Origin: Patescibacteria group bacterium
GTDB taxonomy: Bacteria; Patescibacteriota; Patescibacteriia; UBA1558; GWA2-36-10
DNA length: 64,000 nucleotides
NCBI GenBank assembly: GCA_018819405.1
Contig: JAHJQF010000001.1
Coordinates: forward strand, 98,097-162,096
Direction of reading: 5' to 3'
Shown piece by piece: positions 59,780 to 64,000 of this stretch. A program made the position numbers and the translations under genes. How positions within the stretch are numbered: the stretch's first letter is position 1; each line of letters starts with the position of its first letter. The notes under the pieces are model-generated. The model was not told the DNA's origin. It saw only the letters and a program-made list of their open reading frames with translations, and searched no databases.

Positions 59780-59923
59780 CTCGACTCGCTACGCTCGCTC
59801 GTGGTCTCCGACCATGATTTAAAAGTTGAGTGTCCAAAGCTTGCCGAGAGACAAATGTGAGATAATTTATCTCATTTTTTGTTTACAAAAAAGCAGCTTA
59901 CAAAAGCTGTTTTTTTAATCCTA

Positions 59924-60009
59924 TGGTACCGGCGATCGGACTCGAACCGATACGCCCAATGGGCACAGGATTTTAAGTCCTGCGTGTCTACCAATTCCAC
60001 CACGCCGGC
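59924..60009 (-). tRNA. tRNA-Leu(TAA)
   Basis: Minus-strand cloverleaf with long variable arm; CAGGA-CTTAAAA-TCCTG; CCA end. Confidence 0.95.
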
Positions 60010-60025
60010 CTGTAATATTAAAGTC

Positions 60026-60102
60026 TGGAGCGGGCGACCGGGCTCGAACCGGCGACCTTTTCCTTGGCAAGGAAATGTTCTAGCCAACTGAACTACGCCC
60101 GC
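60026..60102 (-). tRNA. tRNA-Gly(GCC)
   Basis: Minus-strand cloverleaf; TTTCC-TTGCCAA-GGAAA; CCA end. Confidence 0.95.
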
Positions 60103-60208
60103 TTAAAACACAAGTATTATACAATAAATAAGGAGAAAGTCAACCTTTAAAAAGCTTGGTTTTAGACCTTAAAAATGCTATCATTAAGAAAAGCAAAATC
60201 ACTACAAA

Positions 60209-62938
60209 ATGAGCAAAAAACAAGAAAAACTAGTGGTCATAGATAGCAACGCCCTTTTACATCGGGCCTGGCATGCTATACCCCCTCTAGAGACCAAGGA
60301 GGGTCTGGTAGTTAATGCTGTTTTTGGTTATACCTCACTTTTGTTAAAAATAATACAGGATCTCAAGCCCGATTACATCATAGCTTCTTTTGACTTGGCT
60401 GGTAAAACTTTTCGCCACGAACAATACAAAGAATATAAAGCTAAAAGAATAAAACAAGCCGATGAATTTTATAATCAATTTCCTCTAGCCAAAGAAGTCC
60501 TGTCAGCTTTTAATATCCCTATACTAGCCAAAGAAGGCTATGAGGCCGATGATGTCATTGGTACTATTAGCCAAGAAGTATATAAAAAATATCCCGACAT
60601 CCAGACAACTATCGTGACCGGAGACCTAGATGCTCTGCAATTGGTCAATGACAGGGTCAAGGTATTTACTCTCAAGCGCGGTCTGAGTGATACTATTACC
60701 TATGATAAGCTGGCTGTCAAAGAAAGGTATGGCCTGGCGCCAGAACAAATCATAGATCTCAAGGCACTACAAGGAGATAGTTCTGATAATATACCAGGCG
60801 TCAAAGGAATTGGTACTAAAGGAGCTTCTGATCTTATCCAAAAATTTGGAACGCTGGAAAATCTATACAAAAATTTTGAAATATCGGATATTAAAGACCG
60901 CACTAAAAAGTTATTAAGGGAACAAAAGGATCAAGCCTATGAGAGTAAGGGATTGGTTACTATTGTTACTGATGTGCCCCTTGATTGGAAACTTGAACAA
61001 GCTAGGTTCTCAGATTTTGATCCAGAAAAAGTTTATAAAATTTTCCAAAAGTTGGAATTTAGATCACTCTTAAATAAAATCCCTCATCAAAAATCTGACA
61101 TCAATGGCGACTCTGTCAAAAATAAAAAACAAGGCAGTGTCTATCACCTGATAGATAATGAAGAAAAATTTGAAAAATTTTATTCTCAGATAAAAAAACA
61201 AAAAATCTTTGCTTTTGATACCGAAACCACTGGCTTGGATGTGCTAAATGAAAAAGCCCTGGGCTTTTCTTTTGCTTGGCAAGCCCAAGAGGCATATTAT
61301 ATATCTTTTATCAGTAAAAAATTTACTGACTTTGTAATAAAAAAAATAAGCCCAATTTTGGAAAATGAAGAGATCAAAAAAATTGGACACAACATAAAAT
61401 TTGATCACAAAGTTTTAAAAATTCTTGGTATAGACCTCAAAGGTCTTAGTTTTGATACTTTGATTGCTGCTTATCTTATCAACCCTAATAGAGGTTTACG
61501 TTTGGAAGAGCTATCTTTTAGCTATTTGGGGTACAAAAAACTCAAATTGGCCAACCTTTTGGATGTCGCTCCAAAAGGCAAAACCCAAATAAATATGGCC
61601 GAAATTGACCCTCAAAAACTAGCCTGGTATGCTGCTGAAGATGCTGATATCACCTACCGTCTTTACCAAAAACTTTTACCAATTATAAAAACCAACGAAA
61701 ACTATGATCTGTTGATAAAGATGGAGTTGCCTTTAGTGCCAGTTTTAGCTGACATGGAGCTAACTGGTATCAGTCTAGATAGTCCATTTTTAAATAAAAT
61801 GGCCAAAGAGTTTGATACTGAAATAAAAAAAATAAGCCAAAAAATATATAAGCTGGCTGGGACTGAATTTAACATATCCTCTCCTTTGCAGTTAAAAGAA
61901 ATCCTATTTGAAAAATTAAAAATAAGCCAACAAGGCATCAAAAAAACTAAGACCGGATTATCTACTGCCGCTGCGGAGCTAGACAAAATGAAAAGTGCCC
62001 ATCCTGTGATACCTCTTATTATAGACTACCGTGAGCTAACCAAACTCCAGTCAACTTATATCAAAGCCTTACCTGAACTGGTCAACAAAAGAACCAATAG
62101 AATCCATACCAGCTTCAATCAGACTGTAACTGCTACTGGTAGACTATCATCATCTGACCCAAATCTACAAAACATACCTATCCGTACTGAACTTGGCAAA
62201 AAAATAAGACAGGCTTTTGTAGCTCCCAAAAATTATAATCTTTTGTCAGCTGATTATTCTCAGATTGAACTCCGTTTGGTGGCTGCCTTTTCCAAAGATC
62301 CCAAAATGATGACCTCCTTTAAAAAAGGTGAAGACATTCATGCTCGTACAGCCGCCGAAATACACAAAATATCTCTGGAAAAAGTAAGTAAAGAAATAAG
62401 ACGCACTGCCAAAGAAGTAAATTTTGGTATACTATACGGATTAGGCTCACGCGGACTGGCTCAAAGAACTGATCTCAACCAAACAGAAGCCAAAGAATTT
62501 ATTGAACGTTATTTTTCCGTTTACAAAAATATAAAAACCTACATTGAAAAAACCAAAAATTTTGCCCATCAAAATGGCTATAGCCAAACTATCTTTGGAC
62601 GCCGCCGCTATTTGCCTGATATAAAATCAAATATGCCAATGCTCATTGCCCAGGCTGAGCGTATGGCTATCAATATGCCTGTCCAAGGCACGGCGGCTGA
62701 TCTGATAAAACTAGCGATGATAAATATGCATCAGGGCTTGCCAAAAATCAGTCCAAGCTCTAAAATAGTCCTACAAGTACACGATGAACTGGTCCTTGAA
62801 GTCCCCAAAAATGACTTAAAAAAGGTAGCCAAATACGTCAAAAATACCATGGAAAATGTATACAAATTACCTATACCGCTCACAGTTGACATAGAAGTAG
62901 GTCAAAACTGGGGCAAACTTGAAAATTACAAAATATAA
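60209..62938 (+). CDS. polA: DNA polymerase I (5'-3' exo, 3'-5' exo with DTET, polymerase)
   Basis: EADD, GDSSDNIPGV, FDTETTG, TGRLSS, DYSQIELR, QVHDEL. Confidence 0.97.
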   Translation: MSKKQEKLVVIDSNALLHRAWHAIPPLETKEGLVVNAVFGYTSLLLKIIQDLKPDYIIASFDLAGKTFRHEQYKEYKAKRIKQADEFYNQFPLAKEVLSAFNIPILAKEGYEADDVIGTISQEVYKKYPDIQTTIVTGDLDALQLVNDRVKVFTLKRGLSDTITYDKLAVKERYGLAPEQIIDLKALQGDSSDNIPGVKGIGTKGASDLIQKFGTLENLYKNFEISDIKDRTKKLLREQKDQAYESKGLVTIVTDVPLDWKLEQARFSDFDPEKVYKIFQKLEFRSLLNKIPHQKSDINGDSVKNKKQGSVYHLIDNEEKFEKFYSQIKKQKIFAFDTETTGLDVLNEKALGFSFAWQAQEAYYISFISKKFTDFVIKKISPILENEEIKKIGHNIKFDHKVLKILGIDLKGLSFDTLIAAYLINPNRGLRLEELSFSYLGYKKLKLANLLDVAPKGKTQINMAEIDPQKLAWYAAEDADITYRLYQKLLPIIKTNENYDLLIKMELPLVPVLADMELTGISLDSPFLNKMAKEFDTEIKKISQKIYKLAGTEFNISSPLQLKEILFEKLKISQQGIKKTKTGLSTAAAELDKMKSAHPVIPLIIDYRELTKLQSTYIKALPELVNKRTNRIHTSFNQTVTATGRLSSSDPNLQNIPIRTELGKKIRQAFVAPKNYNLLSADYSQIELRLVAAFSKDPKMMTSFKKGEDIHARTAAEIHKISLEKVSKEIRRTAKEVNFGILYGLGSRGLAQRTDLNQTEAKEFIERYFSVYKNIKTYIEKTKNFAHQNGYSQTIFGRRRYLPDIKSNMPMLIAQAERMAINMPVQGTAADLIKLAMINMHQGLPKISPSSKIVLQVHDELVLEVPKNDLKKVAKYVKNTMENVYKLPIPLTVDIEVGQNWGKLENYKI

Positions 62939-63889
62939 ATGCTTTTTTTCTACTACGGAAACAATTCATACCTGGCCAACCAGAAAATACAGGCTATTGT
63001 CGAAAAGTTCAAAAAACAAATAGACACAATCGGCCAAAATGTAGAATACCTTGATGGTGAAAATATGACCAACGAGGATTTTTTTCGCTCTGTCTCTATC
63101 ATGGGTTTTTTGGCGGATAAAAAACTGATTATCATAAAAAATATTTTTGACAACAAAAAACTATCCGGCTGGCAAGATGCTTTGATAGATTATATAAAAA
63201 AACAAAAAAACACTCCCGATGAAAATTATATTATTTTTTTTCAAAGTGGTCAGCCTGATGCTAGGACCAAACTATATAAGACATTATCAAAAATAAAATT
63301 TTGTGAGGATTTCAAAGAATTAAATAATCGTCAGTTGATTATTTGGGTTAAAAATCAAGCCAAAAAATTTGATAAAGAAATATCTGATAAAGCTACCGAC
63401 TTACTAATAAACTATGTAGGCAACGATCCTTGGCAATTGTCCAATGAAATAGCCAAGCTAGCCAACTACAGTCAGGGACAAATAAATGACCAGGCTGTCT
63501 CGGAAATTGTCCAGGCCAAAACTGACGAGAGTATTTTTTCTCTGATTGACGCCTTGGGACAAAAAGATAAGGCTCAGGCTCTCAAATTAATCGAAGAAAA
63601 AATAAATAAGGGTGTAAATCACCAATATATTCTAACTATGATTGTCCGCCAATTTAGGATACTTATTAAAACAAAATCTCTAGAAGATAAAATAATATCT
63701 CCTGGACATCTATCCAGTACCCTAAAAATTCACCCACTAGTAGCTAATAAGACCTTAGCCCAAAGCAAGCTATATGATATGGCTCAACTAAAGCTAATAT
63801 ATCAAAAACTTTTATATCTGGATGAAAAATTCAAAAGTAGCCAAAATCAAGAAAAAATACTTTTTGCCAAAATGATAAATGAACTATAA
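62939..63889 (+). CDS. holA: DNA polymerase III delta subunit
   Basis: FFYYG start, KKLIIIKN, EIAKL, IFSLIDA, IHP, KS near the C-terminus. Confidence 0.85.
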   Translation: MLFFYYGNNSYLANQKIQAIVEKFKKQIDTIGQNVEYLDGENMTNEDFFRSVSIMGFLADKKLIIIKNIFDNKKLSGWQDALIDYIKKQKNTPDENYIIFFQSGQPDARTKLYKTLSKIKFCEDFKELNNRQLIIWVKNQAKKFDKEISDKATDLLINYVGNDPWQLSNEIAKLANYSQGQINDQAVSEIVQAKTDESIFSLIDALGQKDKAQALKLIEEKINKGVNHQYILTMIVRQFRILIKTKSLEDKIISPGHLSSTLKIHPLVANKTLAQSKLYDMAQLKLIYQKLLYLDEKFKSSQNQEKILFAKMINEL

Positions 63890-63945
63890 AATCTAGCCAA
63901 TAGGCTGGATTTTTTTATTATATTTTGCTAAGCTAAAAATACCTA

Positions 63946-64000
63946 GGACTGGCTGCTGGCCAAACTAGTCCACGTGCTCAAGCGCACATAGGTCAGGCCG
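63946..64000 (+). ncRNA. Possible 5' part of SRP (4.5S) RNA, truncated by the window edge
   Basis: GC-rich non-coding segment after TGCTAAGCT (-10-like), ending AGGTCAGGCCG, similar to the SRP core AGGTCAGGTCCG; the diagnostic GGAA loop would lie outside the window. Confidence 0.4.

Noticed and set aside
59872-60091. ORFs of 70-71 aa
   Set aside because: They overlap tRNA-Leu and tRNA-Gly

Overview
AT-rich bacterial chromosome segment (genetic code 11). The gene content and style suggest Patescibacteria/CPR (Parcubacteria-like); this is an inference. Housekeeping backbone: glyA, folD, UvrD-type helicase, ychF, queA, queH, ruvB, gyrA, rpsA, ftsH, PilB/GspE ATPase, valS, tsaE, tsaD, trmB, glmS, csp, nusA, hppA, tig, suhB, polA, holA, four tRNAs (Glu-TTC, Cys-GCA, Leu-TAA, Gly-GCC) and possibly the start of SRP RNA at the right edge. 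There are two surface-glycosylation clusters. No CRISPR array, transposase, integrase or rRNA was seen. Main observations: (1) an Elp3 gene and a Trm9/ALKBH8-like methyltransferase lie head-to-head with overlapping start codons, suggesting a eukaryote/archaea-type mcm5U wobble-uridine pathway in a bacterium. (2) A dispersed palindromic element family has ACCCCGTTA...TAACGGGGT ends and often two internal hairpins; one copy is in-frame inside tsaE and another supplies the tsaE start codon. (3) A wHTH/PEP-utilizer phosphohistidine gene is bracketed by inverted ~60-bp repeats plus a 36-bp duplication of its 3' end. (4) GC-richer ORFan cassettes have their own promoters and strong Shine-Dalgarno sites in a genome whose core genes mostly lack SD. 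(5) ValRS carries an inserted ASCH domain. (6) A YprB-like exonuclease-WYL fusion follows a UvrD helicase. (7) There is a candidate orphan structured ncRNA. All calls come from reading the sequence by eye; no searches were run.
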